DNA of 63,977 bases, filler included, from Lama guanicoe (GCA_013239625.1; 98 parts of 98 records of this genome joined end to end with filler, not necessarily neighbours in it), one strand, 5' to 3'. Positions 50,203 through 62,905 are shown, counted from the whole stretch's first letter. The notes: a model not told the origin generated them from the letters alone. Numbers and translations are program-made.

Positions 50203-52589
50203 CTAAGAAGAGCAAAATGTACAGGAATGGAAGCATTATTATATTACTAGGTGCAATAGTGAACAATATTTACCAATAAGAATAATACTATTATGACTAC
50301 AAAATGATAAAAAAAATTCCATGAAATTGAGTCAAGTTTGGAAGGTTCATGGAAGGGAATAAAAGAATATGGGGATGGGAGTCAGAAAGTTAAACTCTTA
50401 TCTGCCATGAATGAAATCTAAAAAACTTTAATGCAAATTGCACTGTAAGCAAATAGTTTTGAAACACAGAAATGGTTGCTTCTGAGAAGTAAGTCTGCGT
50501 ACTGGGATGCCATGGGAAGAGGGCTGTTCCATTTTATTATGAGCCTGATAACATTGTTTGGATTTTAAATGATGTGTGTGCTTGTATAACTCTAATAAAA
50601 ATCTAAAATACATTTAAAAAATCCACAAAAATCTCTGGCTTCCAGGGGAATAAATGAATAATAGATTTTGACCAAATCATCTTTATCTTTNNNNNNNNNN
50701 NNNNNNNNNNNNNNNNNNNNNNNNNNNNNNNNNNTTAATTAATTAANNNNNNNNNNNNNNNNNNNNNNNNNNNNNNNNNNNNNNNNNNNNCATAGCTAAA
50801 TATAAAACACATTTGAAATAAATAATAAATAGAAGAAGACATGTATACATTGGCTACATAAAAATTTGTTCTGAATAGCGAAAAAAAATCCCAAGAACTA
50901 GGAAATTTTAAAAAATATTATCATTAAATCAAATGGAAAAAATACCTTTAATAAAGGCACAAGGAGAAAGCTATTGTATACACACTTTCTTTCACATTTT
51001 TGAGGGATATAAAATTCCTATGCTGCTTAAACTGTTCCAGAACACTGAAAAATGAAAATCTAATTAATTTTGCTGAGATCATATAGCCCTAATATAAAAA
51101 AGAAAATTACAAAGTTACTATGAAATAAAGAAAATTATGTAACTATCTACTTTACAAATATAGATGCAAAAATGTTTGCATCCAAATTTCAGAAAATCAA
51201 AACCCAGCAAAATAAACCTGGAAATAAAACAGTATAGCCAAGTGAGGTTAATTCCAAGAATATAGCTATAACTTAAAATCTGAAAACACCACATTGTATC
51301 AATATGGATGGTACAAAGTTATTTTGCAAAGACTGTAGGAATATTATGTAAAGGTAATGCAACTGTTTCTTATAATAACTCTTAGAATGAGGAAAGCAAA
51401 GATATCTTTATAACCAAGGAAGCATCTACCTTAAGATATCCAATATTTAAATGTGAAATTGGGAAACAAAATATGTCTTCTTGTTAGTTATTTTCTCATT
51501 TAGAAAATATAGTTTGTTTGCATNNNNNNNNNNNNNNNNNNNNNNNNNNNNNNNNNNNNNNNNNNNNTTAATTAATTAANNNNNNNNNNNNNNNNNNNNN
51601 NNNNNNNNNNNNNNNNNNNNNNNCCACTCGGGGTCCCATGGCATGTGGGGCTTGTTGCATTTATAGCTGCCCAACCCTGCCACCTCATGCCGGCCTTTTC
51701 CTCCTGGTCAGCTTCTGGATTTGAAGGCCTCTCCTGGCAAGAAATGATAGGAGCTGATGGCACAGCCTCTCCCGGGCAGGGGCCACTTCCACGGGGGATG
51801 CTGAGGCCCAGCACAAAGGCTATACAGTCACACCGAGGGGTTTCCCATGCTCACCGTCTGGAGCGGGGAATAGTTTTGGGGGACNNNNNNNNNNNNNNNN
51901 NNNNNNNNNNNNNNNNNNNNNNNNNNNNTTAATTAATTAANNNNNNNNNNNNNNNNNNNNNNNNNNNNNNNNNNNNNNNNNNNNAGAACGGGCAAATCTG
52001 GGAGTGCTCACCACCATTCTGATACATTTTCCCCTGGAGCACACGATGAGCTGGGACTGGTGAGTTATCTAGAACAGAGCCCAGCCAAGCTCTGGCACTG
52101 CGGTGACAGCTCTCTGCAAGGTTCATGCGCCTATTTAATTGCAGTTACATCCTTCTCCTTTCCCTGGGGACCCATCTTTATGGAGAAATAGGCAGTTGGC
52201 CGAGGATGTTGGAAGTGAACATTCCTCGCTAATTATTTAATTTTCGTCTGGCACAAACTAGAGCCTCTTAAGTTTAGTGGGAACTGTAAGTCAATTACCT
52301 TCCTTTGGTACCAAAGAGCCTACCACTTAGAACTAAAAACAAACACACAGCTCTGTTCTTGCCCTTGTCCTCAACCCTGGCCAGTAAGACTGCTTTTGTC
52401 TTCCACCTGCTGTTCATGGAATAATGGCAGCGAGCATCTCCTGTTTTCTGTTGTGGCACTGAGGCATTATTGGTAAAAGTGGAGATTGGACAAAAGCACT
52501 GGGGTCTCACACCTCCATTCCTTGCATGTGCTCAAACCTGCCTTTATTTCATCAAAAATTTATTAAGTGCCGGCTCGGAATGGGATACC

Positions 52590-52730
52590 CATAATAACCT
52601 AACGAGGAAGATGTCAGAAGACTAGGGCTTAGAGAGGGGAAGCCACTCACCTCAGGCCACACAGCCAACAAGTAGCAAAGCAAGGGACCGCGCCCAGCGC
52701 TGCCCTGGTTCTGATTTAGGCCCCAGACTA
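52590..52730 (-). mobile_element. MIR SINE
   Basis: gaagactagggcttagagaggggaagccactcacctcaggccacacagc. Confidence 0.65.
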
Positions 52731-52946
52731 CACATCTGTTACTTTTACTGTTAAGAAGGTCTTTACCTTCCTTTTCATAACGAACTCCTATTCACTTTTC
52801 AAAACACAGCACACATGCTGCTTTCTCAGTAAGGATCCCTAGATGCNNNNNNNNNNNNNNNNNNNNNNNNNNNNNNNNNNNNNNNNNNNNTTAATTAATT
52901 AANNNNNNNNNNNNNNNNNNNNNNNNNNNNNNNNNNNNNNNNNNNN

Positions 52947-53150
52947 GGGTTCCAATTTCTCCACACCATTACCACCACCTGCCGTGTGTGTGTGTATATA
53001 GATAGATTTATTTATATATATGTATGTTTTTGATAACAGCCATTCTAACAGGTGTGAGGTGATAACTCAATGTGATTTTGATATACACTTCCCTGATAAG
53101 TAGTGATGTTGAGTACCTTTTCATGTACCATCTGTATGTCTTCTTTGGCA
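52947..53150 (-). mobile_element. LINE-1 ORF2 remnant
   Basis: Minus ORF contains MKRYSTSLLIREVYIKITLSYHLTPVRMAVIK (L1 ORF2). Confidence 0.9.
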
Positions 53151-53994
53151 ATGGAGGGAAAAATGATACAACTGTTCTTAAAGAGTTTAATTTAAATCTG
53201 TTCTGCAATGAAAAATGCTTCCTTCTTTTCAAGGTAAATCAGTATTTATGGAAAGCCTATATGTGACAGCACTCTTGACCTCAAGAAAAAATTAACACAG
53301 AGGACAGATTACAGTCCTCTAATGCTGATGAAAAAATTGCTAAGCCACTTCAAGAAGCACTGTAGTTAATCACCATTCTGTAACTTTAAGAAATTAGAGA
53401 TTATATAGCTGAGAAAGCATAAAAACTTTTCAAGTTGACTTCTGCTATAAAGTGAAGTTTTTAAGAGTGTATAGAATGATGATTTGATACATGTATATGT
53501 TGCAAAATGATTACCAGGGTGTGATTCCTGGTGTCAAGTCATGGGTAATTTCCACTACATCACAACAGCCTCTTTTCAAGATAGGGCAGACGTTAATGTG
53601 TTCTAGGTAGAAGCATAAATATTGTGCTGTAGAAACAAGAGGAAAGAATGAATGGAATTCTGAATTAGAAAGACAGGAAGGANNNNNNNNNNNNNNNNNN
53701 NNNNNNNNNNNNNNNNNNNNNNNNNNTTAATTAATTAANNNNNNNNNNNNNNNNNNNNNNNNNNNNNNNNNNNNNNNNNNNNTTTACAATTTTAAGACTA
53801 CGAGATCGTACAGCAGTTTGTTTTAAAACACAGGCATTAATCTGGAGATTGAAAGTTTCATCTTTTTTCTTTCCTAACTTCCTGTCTTTCTTTCTACTTT
53901 TTTTCCTTTTTCAGTTTGCTAATTACAAGAACAACAAAGAAAGATTTAGTAAAGGGGATGGGACAATTATTTCTTTAAAGAAGAAATAGCAGTG

Positions 53995-54120
53995 GGGGAG
54001 GGTATAACTCAGGTAGAGTGCATACTTAACATACACGAGGTCCTGGGTTCAATCCCCAGAACCTCCATTTAAAAAGTAAACAAATGAGATAAATAAACCT
54101 AATTACTTCCCCTCCTAAAA
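53995..54120 (+). mobile_element. tRNA-Ala-derived camelid SINE (Vic-1 type) with target-site duplication
   Basis: GGGGAGGGTATAACTCAG...GAGGTCCTGGGTTCAATCCCCAG.ACCTCCA head (B box GGTTCAATCC); tail ataaacctaattacttcccc; 15-bp TSD 53977-53991 / 54118-54132 with 2 mismatches. Confidence 0.88.
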
Positions 54121-55261
54121 GAAGGAATAACAAAGTTAAAAGGATGGATTAACAGACTTTAAAAGAAGAAAATCATTCATAGAGACGTTTCCTAAATATT
54201 ATACTACCTGCAGGTGTATATGTGTCAATTTTCAGTTTCATAATAAGTCATAATCACTGATTACTGCTTTATAAATAAAAGACATGTAAACATTAAAATC
54301 TCCTTTAAACGCCATCTCTTGCTCTACAAGTGAATCTTTTTGACAGTTCACTGTATATCTTGAGATATCGTTTCTATTTTAATCGAAATATGCGTATATT
54401 TTGTGACCAAAAGCATGGGGTCACACTACATAAACTCTCACTATGGGTTATCGTCTGCTTTCCTCTTGTTTGAAACTAATAAGATTAAAAAGAAAATTCC
54501 AAGTGAAGCCACATACAAAATCTATTTTCATTTAGTAGTTATTTTTTTCAGCTCATAGTTGCTATTTATGAAACCATTTCAATAACTTTAAAATATACAT
54601 TGTTTCTGAGTATTTCCCATTTCAATCAATACAGAAAATTATTGAGGGTTTATATTACATGCTGNNNNNNNNNNNNNNNNNNNNNNNNNNNNNNNNNNNN
54701 NNNNNNNNTTAATTAATTAANNNNNNNNNNNNNNNNNNNNNNNNNNNNNNNNNNNNNNNNNNNNATCTGCATCTAAAACGTTTTTTGGATTATTGCAAAC
54801 TTCACTCAAGTTTCGCCCCCCTGGCTTTCACATCTTCCCGTCTTCCTTTTTTTCTGGCTTGCAAGATTTTCCTTTTTTTGTGTTTTGCCCTTGACTATAA
54901 TTTGACACTATACTTCAATCATAGTTTATTCAGCATTTTTATGATTGTGGTGGAAAGAGTGACCCCATGTGTACCAGCTCATGTTGCTTCAAGCCTACAT
55001 TTTTTTGTGTGTGTGGCTTAGATCCAATTTGTTCTTCTTTATTCCTTTATCTGTTGAGCATATACTCATTTCTCCTGTCATTTTGCTACATATTCCCTTC
55101 TCCTTTTCATAAAAAGGCATGAAAAATTGTGACTTCTCTCAAACCAAAGTGAAATGTGTTGACTTGTGCTCTACTTGAGAGGCAACACACAAAAAAAGAT
55201 TTCTTATTTTAAAGGTAAATCTTTTTCTAGTTTAGAGAGATTCATTTCAATTAAAATTGGA

Positions 55262-55726
55262 CTTTAGGTCTTCTGCTCATTTTTTAATTGTTTTTTGTTT
55301 GTTTGTTTGGTGTGGTTTTTTGTTTTGTTTTGGATACCGAGTTGTATAAGCTGTTTTATATTTTGGATATTAACATCTTGTCAGTTGCATTGTTTGCAAA
55401 TATTTTCTGTCATTTCATAAGTTGTCTTTTTGTTTTGTTGATAATTTCCTTTGCTGTGCAAAAGCCTGTAAGTGTGATTAGGTATTATTTGTTTATTTCT
55501 GGTTTTAATCGTTTTGCCTAGGGAGACTGATCTAAGAAAATATTGCTACTATTTATGTCAGAGATTTTTTGCCTATGTTCTTATCTAGGAGTTTTAAGGT
55601 ATCGTGTTTTATATTTAGGTCTTTAAACCATTTTGAGGTTTTTTTTTGTATATGATGTGAAGGAGTGTTCTAATAGCCATTTCCTCAAAGAAGACATACA
55701 GATCGCCAAAGACACATGAAGAGATG
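55262..55726. mobile_element. LINE-1 with 5' inversion (antisense 55262-55674, sense 55672-55726)
   Basis: The inverted arm ends at ...gcagaagacctaaa; the sense arm starts at the next consensus bases, aatag(a/c)catttc..caaagaagacatacagat. Confidence 0.85.
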
Positions 55727-55826
55727 NNNNNNNNNNNNNNNNNNNNNNNNNNNNNNNNNNNNNNNNNNNNTTAATTAATTAANNNNNNNNNNNNNNNNNN
55801 NNNNNNNNNNNNNNNNNNNNNNNNNN

Positions 55827-56737
55827 CTATATTCCGTGTTCTACATTCTATATTCTAAATCTATATTCACTATTCATTATTCTATATTCTATATTCAGTT
55901 TTCTACATTCTATATTCTTAATTCAATATTCAGTATTCTGTATTCTATATTCTAAATTCTGTGTTCTGAATTCCATGTTCTAAATTCTGTGTTCTATATT
56001 CTCTATTCTGTTTTCTAAATTTTGTGTTTTTAATTGTATATTCTGCAATGTATATACTGTATTAGTTATTCTATATTCTATATTCTAATTTCTGTTTTCT
56101 ACATTCTATATTCTAAATTCTATATTCAGTTTACTGTATTCTATATTCTACATTCTGTGTTCTGCATTCCATGTTCTAATTTCTATATTCATTATTCTGT
56201 ATTCTATATTCTACATTCTGTGTTCTGCATTCCATGTTCTAATTTCTATATTCATTATTCTGTATTCTATATTCTACATTCTGTGTTCTGCATTCCATGT
56301 TCTAATTTCTATATTCATTATTCTGTATTCTATATTCTACATTCTGTGTTCTGCATTCCATGTTCTAATTTCTATATTCATTATTCTGTATTCTATATTC
56401 TACATTCTGTGTTCTGCATTCCATGTTCTAATTTCTATATTCATTATTCTGTATTCTATATTCTACATTCTGTGTTCTGCATTCCATGTTCTAATTTCTA
56501 TATTCATTATTCTGTATTCTATATTCTAATTTCTGTTTTCTACATTCTATATTCTAAATTCTGTGTTCTGAATTCCATGTTCTAAATTCTGGGTTCTTTA
56601 TTCTATATTCTCTATTCTAAATTTTGTGTTTTTAATTCTATATTTTAAAATTTATATTCTCTATTAGGTATTCTATATTCTATATTCCGTGTTATACATT
56701 CTATATTCTAAATTCTATATTCAGTATTCTGTATTCT
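55827..56737. repeat. Satellite family C with six identical 63-bp higher-order units (56139-56516)
   Basis: Unit is nine heptamers: ttctata ttctaca ttctgtg ttctgca ttccatg ttctaat ttctata ttcatta ttctgta. Confidence 0.97.
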
Positions 56738-56837
56738 NNNNNNNNNNNNNNNNNNNNNNNNNNNNNNNNNNNNNNNNNNNNTTAATTAATTAANNNNNNN
56801 NNNNNNNNNNNNNNNNNNNNNNNNNNNNNNNNNNNNN

Positions 56838-57089
56838 CGTGAAGCACTAGAGGAGGAGAAGAAGAAGTTGGAGGAAGAAGTAGTAACCCTCAGACGTCAC
56901 CTCGAAACGAACGCAGTGGAACACAGTCAAGTGGAGCAGGACAAACGGGAGACTGAAGAGCAAGCAAGACGGGATGAAGTAGAAGCACTGAAAGAGCTCA
57001 GGCGAGCTATGCAGTACAAACGGGAAACTGAAAAGCAAGGAAGACATGATATAGTAGAAAAACTGAAAGAAATCAGCCAGTTTTTACAG
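56838..57089 (+). CDS. ANKRD26/CCDC144-family coiled-coil exon (5'-truncated) with internal 75-bp duplication
   Basis: REALEEEKKKLEEEVVTLRRHLETNAVEHSQVEQ...QYKRETEKQGRHDIVEKLKEISQFLQ vs human ANKRD26 [59 protein letters not shown]; 84 open codons; phase-0 CAG|GTGAGA donor. Confidence 0.88.
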
Positions 57090-57200
57090 GTGAGACACTG
57101 NNNNNNNNNNNNNNNNNNNNNNNNNNNNNNNNNNNNNNNNNNNNTTAATTAATTAANNNNNNNNNNNNNNNNNNNNNNNNNNNNNNNNNNNNNNNNNNNN

Positions 57201-57570
57201 GGGAAGCACCAAATTCCTGCGTCTGAAAAGGAAGGAAAATCTCAAATCCACGTCCTCAGCTTCCTACATGAAAAGGAGAAACAGAGGAACACAGTAAGCA
57301 GAGGAGAGAAATCACAAAGGCCAGGATGGAAGTCGATGAAATAAGGAACAGAAACAACACACGACACCAATGAACCCAAAAGCTGGTTCTCTGAAAATAC
57401 CAGTAAAATCGGCAAACTTTTAGCAACGGTGACCACGACAGAAGACTCACTGCACTGATATAAGGAACAGAGAGGCAATATCACCAAAGTTACTACCAAC
57501 GTTGAAAGCACAGTTAAGAAAGACAAAAAAAAAAAAAAAATTTTTGAACAACTTCATGGCCCTATCTCAT
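57201..57570 (+). mobile_element. Old LINE-1 ORF2 remnant
   Basis: aatgaacccaaaagctggttctctgaaaataccagtaaaatcggcaaacttttagc resembles NE-KSWFFEKINKIDKPLA. Confidence 0.75.
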
Positions 57571-59955
57571 TGGGAAAAATTTAATCTTTAACCACGAAAT
57601 GCAATGTTAACTTTAGGTCCTCGGGNNNNNNNNNNNNNNNNNNNNNNNNNNNNNNNNNNNNNNNNNNNNTTAATTAATTAANNNNNNNNNNNNNNNNNNN
57701 NNNNNNNNNNNNNNNNNNNNNNNNNTATCATAAAAGCATAATTTAAATTACAACTTAAAAAAGGCTTAAATTTAGTCCAATTAAGCTACACATAACTTAG
57801 CATAAAGTTCAGTGTGAGGATCTTATTAAATAAGTGTTTTTTCTAAGTCTTCTCAAAAAGCAAGAACATTATATTTCTTTCCATATGCTTAATGATATTT
57901 GTTTTGTAGTGTACTCTGATAGACACTAAAAAAATCCTTTTATGGGCCCCAAGATTCCTGACATCACAAGGAAATGATTCATTTACAACTTGGGTAACGA
58001 GTTTTTTAAGCAGTGATTTGGGGCTATTGTTAATAACAAAGTACATGAAAGCTTCTTTATAAAACTAAAATTGTATAATAAGGGAGAGTTTATTATAGTA
58101 AATGGTAAATGTATAATGTAAGTTTTTTCATGGAATNNNNNNNNNNNNNNNNNNNNNNNNNNNNNNNNNNNNNNNNNNNNTTAATTAATTAANNNNNNNN
58201 NNNNNNNNNNNNNNNNNNNNNNNNNNNNNNNNNNNNTGATTAGAAGCAACCTGGGAGAATTCTTTAAACAGTATCACGTTGGTAGCGTATTTTCAGCAGA
58301 ATACAAAATCCGGAAGTCATTAATGAAAAAAACTGGCAGATCCGACTCTGTAAAAATTAGACATTTCTAAATTCGAAAATATCAAAGCGATTTCAAAATG
58401 TAAAGCTAGAAGCCACTGCAGCACAGGAGACAGAGAGGGGATTCATTTTTCCCGGAGCCCTTCAAGCCCAGGATGGTGGCAGCACCTCCCGCCTGCCTGC
58501 CTGCCTGCCTGCCCGCCCGCGGCTCACCTGGGGGCAGGCAGTGTCCGTGCAGGACAGCACAGCCAAAAGCACGTCCCTGCCTGTGTGCCCCGCCCGGCTG
58601 CACACAGACAGCTTNNNNNNNNNNNNNNNNNNNNNNNNNNNNNNNNNNNNNNNNNNNNTTAATTAATTAANNNNNNNNNNNNNNNNNNNNNNNNNNNNNN
58701 NNNNNNNNNNNNNNTGTTACTGTCACAACTGTGTTCTCTTGTACAGGAAAGAGGTTTACTCTACGAGTTATTCCTTTAGACAAAAAACCAGTATCCATAC
58801 TTCTAGAGAAACAGCTTTGGGCTCGGCTTCTACTGGTTGGATGTGCCAGAGGAGGTGGCCCAGGAGCAGTTGGATTCCACTAGGAATCCCTTAGCCGGTA
58901 ACCTTCCTTCCCCTTAACCCACATGCGTGGGTTCTTCTTACTCTCCAGTCGCATCAGCCTCTCTGTGCACAATCTTGAGCTCTGACGGAAAGAGCAAGAG
59001 CCTGACAGCTGAGGCTTCATGGCTCAACTTTCTCCAGCAGCTGAGCATGATCAGCTCCGCAGCAGCATATGGTGGTCTCTTCTCCGGATATTCCATTGTG
59101 GTAGCAGCTGGGAACTTATCAGTTTGGGGAAATTAGTATTGAAAGGTGGGGCATGGTCAACACATCTCAGGGGACAGATGTGTTCTTTGTTTTCCCCTCC
59201 TCTTTTCTTCAATGCATTTTACATGTTTTATTATTATAGAGAAAATTGTCTTTTGTTTGCNNNNNNNNNNNNNNNNNNNNNNNNNNNNNNNNNNNNNNNN
59301 NNNNTTAATTAATTAANNNNNNNNNNNNNNNNNNNNNNNNNNNNNNNNNNNNNNNNNNNNAAAAGCTAAAGCTCTAAATGTTCTTAGAAACAGTGAACAG
59401 TACATATGTATGCATTTTAAAAAATATGTGCAGTATATTGCGTATATGTATTTACATGCAATATATTGTATATGTGCAGTCAAATTGTAACAATTCTAAC
59501 TAATGTAATTGAAAAATTAAAAATTAAAAAAAAAAGTGAACTCCACCACCCTAAACTTCTTACCTCACCTACAACCCATCAGAGACTTCTGCACAATTAG
59601 GGGTCTTGTGACCCTCCCTTATAAAAGAAAGACCTCCACAACCAACCTTTGGGGCTCATACAGGCACCTCTCATCTGTGTGCGTCTGTTGCCTATGGCAG
59701 AGTGTTTATTAACTTTATGATTGTTCTTAAATTTCTCTTTGCTTTTCACAAATTATTTTACCATTTGCACACAGGCCTGCCTTGTCCCTCAGCAGTGAAT
59801 AGATCACTGCGCTGGCCTAGTTCAGATGGGCTCTCTCAAGGTTGAAAATGGCTCANNNNNNNNNNNNNNNNNNNNNNNNNNNNNNNNNNNNNNNNNNNNT
59901 TAATTAATTAANNNNNNNNNNNNNNNNNNNNNNNNNNNNNNNNNNNNNNNNNNNN

Positions 59956-60407
59956 TGAACGTCTCACCACTTACTCAGTTCTCAGAGATTAGTGTGTGTG
60001 ACAGCCTTCTTTGACCATGCTTGTTGGGAACCCAAAGTTTCTTTTCAGTTTCAAACCCCTATATGTACATATATATGGGGATGTACTACCTCCAACTAAG
60101 ATTTTCAGTGAAATTTGTGGGAACTTCAAACCAACACTAGGAATCAGACTGAGAATCCATAGTATTTATTTCACCAGCAACCCGTTCCGATTGTGCTAGA
60201 TGAACGAACATCTCTCCCCAAGTTCAGTTCTGAGAGATAAGTGTGTGTAAATACCTTTCTTCATCTAGCTTGTTGGAAACACAAACTTCCTTTTCAGTTG
60301 CAAACTAGAATACTTTATATATATATGTATGTATGTGGAGATACTGGATCCACTCGGTTTTACAGTGAAAACCACAGGAATTTCAATGTAGCAATAGGAA
60401 ACAGACT
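59956..60407. repeat. Satellite family A, diverged
   Basis: tgaacg(aac)...tcagttct(c/g)agagat.agtgtgtg...cttttcagtt motifs at ~250-bp spacing. Confidence 0.9.
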
Positions 60408-61329
60408 NNNNNNNNNNNNNNNNNNNNNNNNNNNNNNNNNNNNNNNNNNNNTTAATTAATTAANNNNNNNNNNNNNNNNNNNNNNNNNNNNNNNNNNNNN
60501 NNNNNNNTGGTTTTAGTGCTAGTACCTGTCATTTTGCCAGTCTGCTCAGTTTTCCTAGTAAGTAGAAGATCGCTCTCCCTACAACTTTTTTCAAAAATAC
60601 TCTAAAAAAAAGGAAGTAGATGTTAATTCCTGATGATGGAATTAATGCAGTCCTGTTGAAAAAGAAATTAGTAATCCAATATGAACTTATGAAATAGGAA
60701 GTTAAAAGTACTCAAAATTTTAGCATCTAGAAATAATCACTATTAACATATTGGTGTACATTCTTCTAAATTTTTCCTTATGCCTATGTGTATATGATTT
60801 TGGTTTCTTTCAGAAAAACAATCACATGAATTAATCATTTAAATGAATAAAGACCTCTCTGGCTCTTAGTTTGAAAAAGGAATTCAACCCAATCAATGAT
60901 TTCTTATATTTTCTTTTATGTAGCACCAAAGGATAAAACTAAAACAATTTAGTTACCATGTTTGATGTCTTTAANNNNNNNNNNNNNNNNNNNNNNNNNN
61001 NNNNNNNNNNNNNNNNNNTTAATTAATTAANNNNNNNNNNNNNNNNNNNNNNNNNNNNNNNNNNNNNNNNNNNNATCAGAACTGTGGCTGCAGAAACAAA
61101 CTCCCAGAGCAGATCGGCCAGACAGGGGAAGGCGATCAGGACCGGGACAGTGCAGGTGGAGGGCCTGCCGTGCAGACAGCCGGCAGCGGCCCCCTCCTGA
61201 GGAACGCGGGGTTTGTCTCAAAACCCGACTCTGACCATATGCAGCTTATTACATATGATTTTTTAAGTTTATTATTTAGTAGAGTGTCCCAGCTGAAGAG
61301 ACAAAATTGGGATGTAACGTCTAGAGCCT

Positions 61330-61496
61330 CGAACCACAGCCCTTACTCCAGCAGCCGCTGGCATCACTGCATCCCCCAGGAGCTTCTTGGAAACGCAGAC
61401 TCTCAGCCCCACCTGAGTCCTGCTGCAGCAGAACCTGCATTTTAACAAGATGTTCCCAGGTAATGTATTTGCTCATTACAGTTTGAGAAACGATGG
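61330..61496. mobile_element. MER5A-type hAT-Charlie MITE
   Basis: ggagcttcttggaaacgcagactctcagccccacc...ctgcattttaacaagat..ccaggt...agtttgagaaac. Confidence 0.8.
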
Positions 61497-62301
61497 TGTC
61501 ACAGTTTGTGGGACTGACAAGCCAGGGACCCCTCCAGAAACTTCTTTTCATGAATTGGTAGGAAGGATGGATGGAAAGGTTGCTGTCTTTGCTTTGTCTG
61601 TGGTTTGGTCTAGTTTGCTAAAGAATAAGTGGTTTAGCCCAGGTATTTGGAGAGAAAGGAGGAGACGAGGACGATAGATGATGTGGCATTTTAGCCCCAG
61701 CGCGTGGAGCGGGGCGGGGAGAGGGAACGATGTCCAAAGGAGAAGGTGCTTTTTNNNNNNNNNNNNNNNNNNNNNNNNNNNNNNNNNNNNNNNNNNNNTT
61801 AATTAATTAANNNNNNNNNNNNNNNNNNNNNNNNNNNNNNNNNNNNNNNNNNNNCTGGAATCTGGTGATTTTTAGAAAGTAGAGAAATACCTTTAAGACA
61901 AAAGTCACACACTTCTGTTGTGCTCTAAACCCTCTTCCCGGCACACAAGCAGGTAGTGATTTAACAAATACACAAGGCAGCTTAGCCTAGCAGAAGAAAT
62001 TCTATGAGATCTTGGGTCAGTTGTTCAGTCTGTCTGATCTTCAGTTCCTTTATGTATGAAATCATTGCAGTAGTGTCTACTCTGTGTCCCATTTTAATAG
62101 GTTATTTGGAAACTCATGTAAGCTATCACATGAAAACATTTGCAGTTGGATAACAGATAGCCCATTTTTAAATACTGCTATTTCTGGATATATCATTGAT
62201 TGCTGAAATCTTACTCGCCACATAACACACAAATCTGGTCCTTGAAGGTTGAAATGTAAGAGGGAGCAGTTTGATAAAGGGTTCAGCACACCTTAGTTAG
62301 T

Positions 62302-62460
62302 TGTGGTAGCCAGACTTTAAGGTAGTCTCCAATGAGCTCTGCTTTCCTAGTGTTCATACCTTCACGAAGGACCATCCACATTGAGCTAGAACTGGTCTGT
62401 ATGACCAATAAGCTATGGTTGAAGGGATAGTATGCCACTTCTGAAATTAGGTTAGAAAAA
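62302..62460 (+). mobile_element. MaLR LTR (MLT1E/F-like) 5' part
   Basis: tgtggtagccagactttaaggtagtctccaatga...tgaccaataag...tgccacttctgaaattaggtta. Confidence 0.65.
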
Positions 62461-62724
62461 AATATGAGCACTAGATATAGTCTATCTGATGTCTTATGTC
62501 TTGGATGCAAAAGTTCCTTATAGGAATGATAACAACCACGACATGGCTGAGGACTTATTGTGTCTCCAGAACTTCACAAGTATTGCTTCACTAAATCCAA
62601 CTTGTATGGAAGAAAGTGAGATTGNNNNNNNNNNNNNNNNNNNNNNNNNNNNNNNNNNNNNNNNNNNNTTAATTAATTAANNNNNNNNNNNNNNNNNNNN
62701 NNNNNNNNNNNNNNNNNNNNNNNN

Positions 62725-62905
62725 AAAAACTCTATGAGGTAGATATAAAAATTTCCCCCATTTTATAGGTGAGGATGTGGAGCTCAAAGAAACTATGTGA
62801 CGTTCCCAAAATATTCAGGAAATAAATGGCTGGTTAAGGATTCAAACCAAACTCCGCTTAATCCAGACCCCATGTTCTGACCAGTACACTCTACTGCCTG
62901 CCATA
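62725..62905 (-). mobile_element. MIR SINE
   Basis: ctctatgaggtag...cccattttataggtgagga..tggagctcaaaga...ggattcaaacc. Confidence 0.75.

Noticed and set aside
53995..54068. tRNA-Ala gene
   Set aside because: Degenerate A box and stems, a SINE tail and a TSD show it is a retroposed SINE.
56034..56585. 183-aa hydrophobic repeat protein
   Set aside because: Translation of the 63-bp satellite unit; no gene context.
58715..59260. Possible exons after acceptors at ~58746 and ~58948
   Set aside because: Short frames with no recognisable homology or consistent splice phase.
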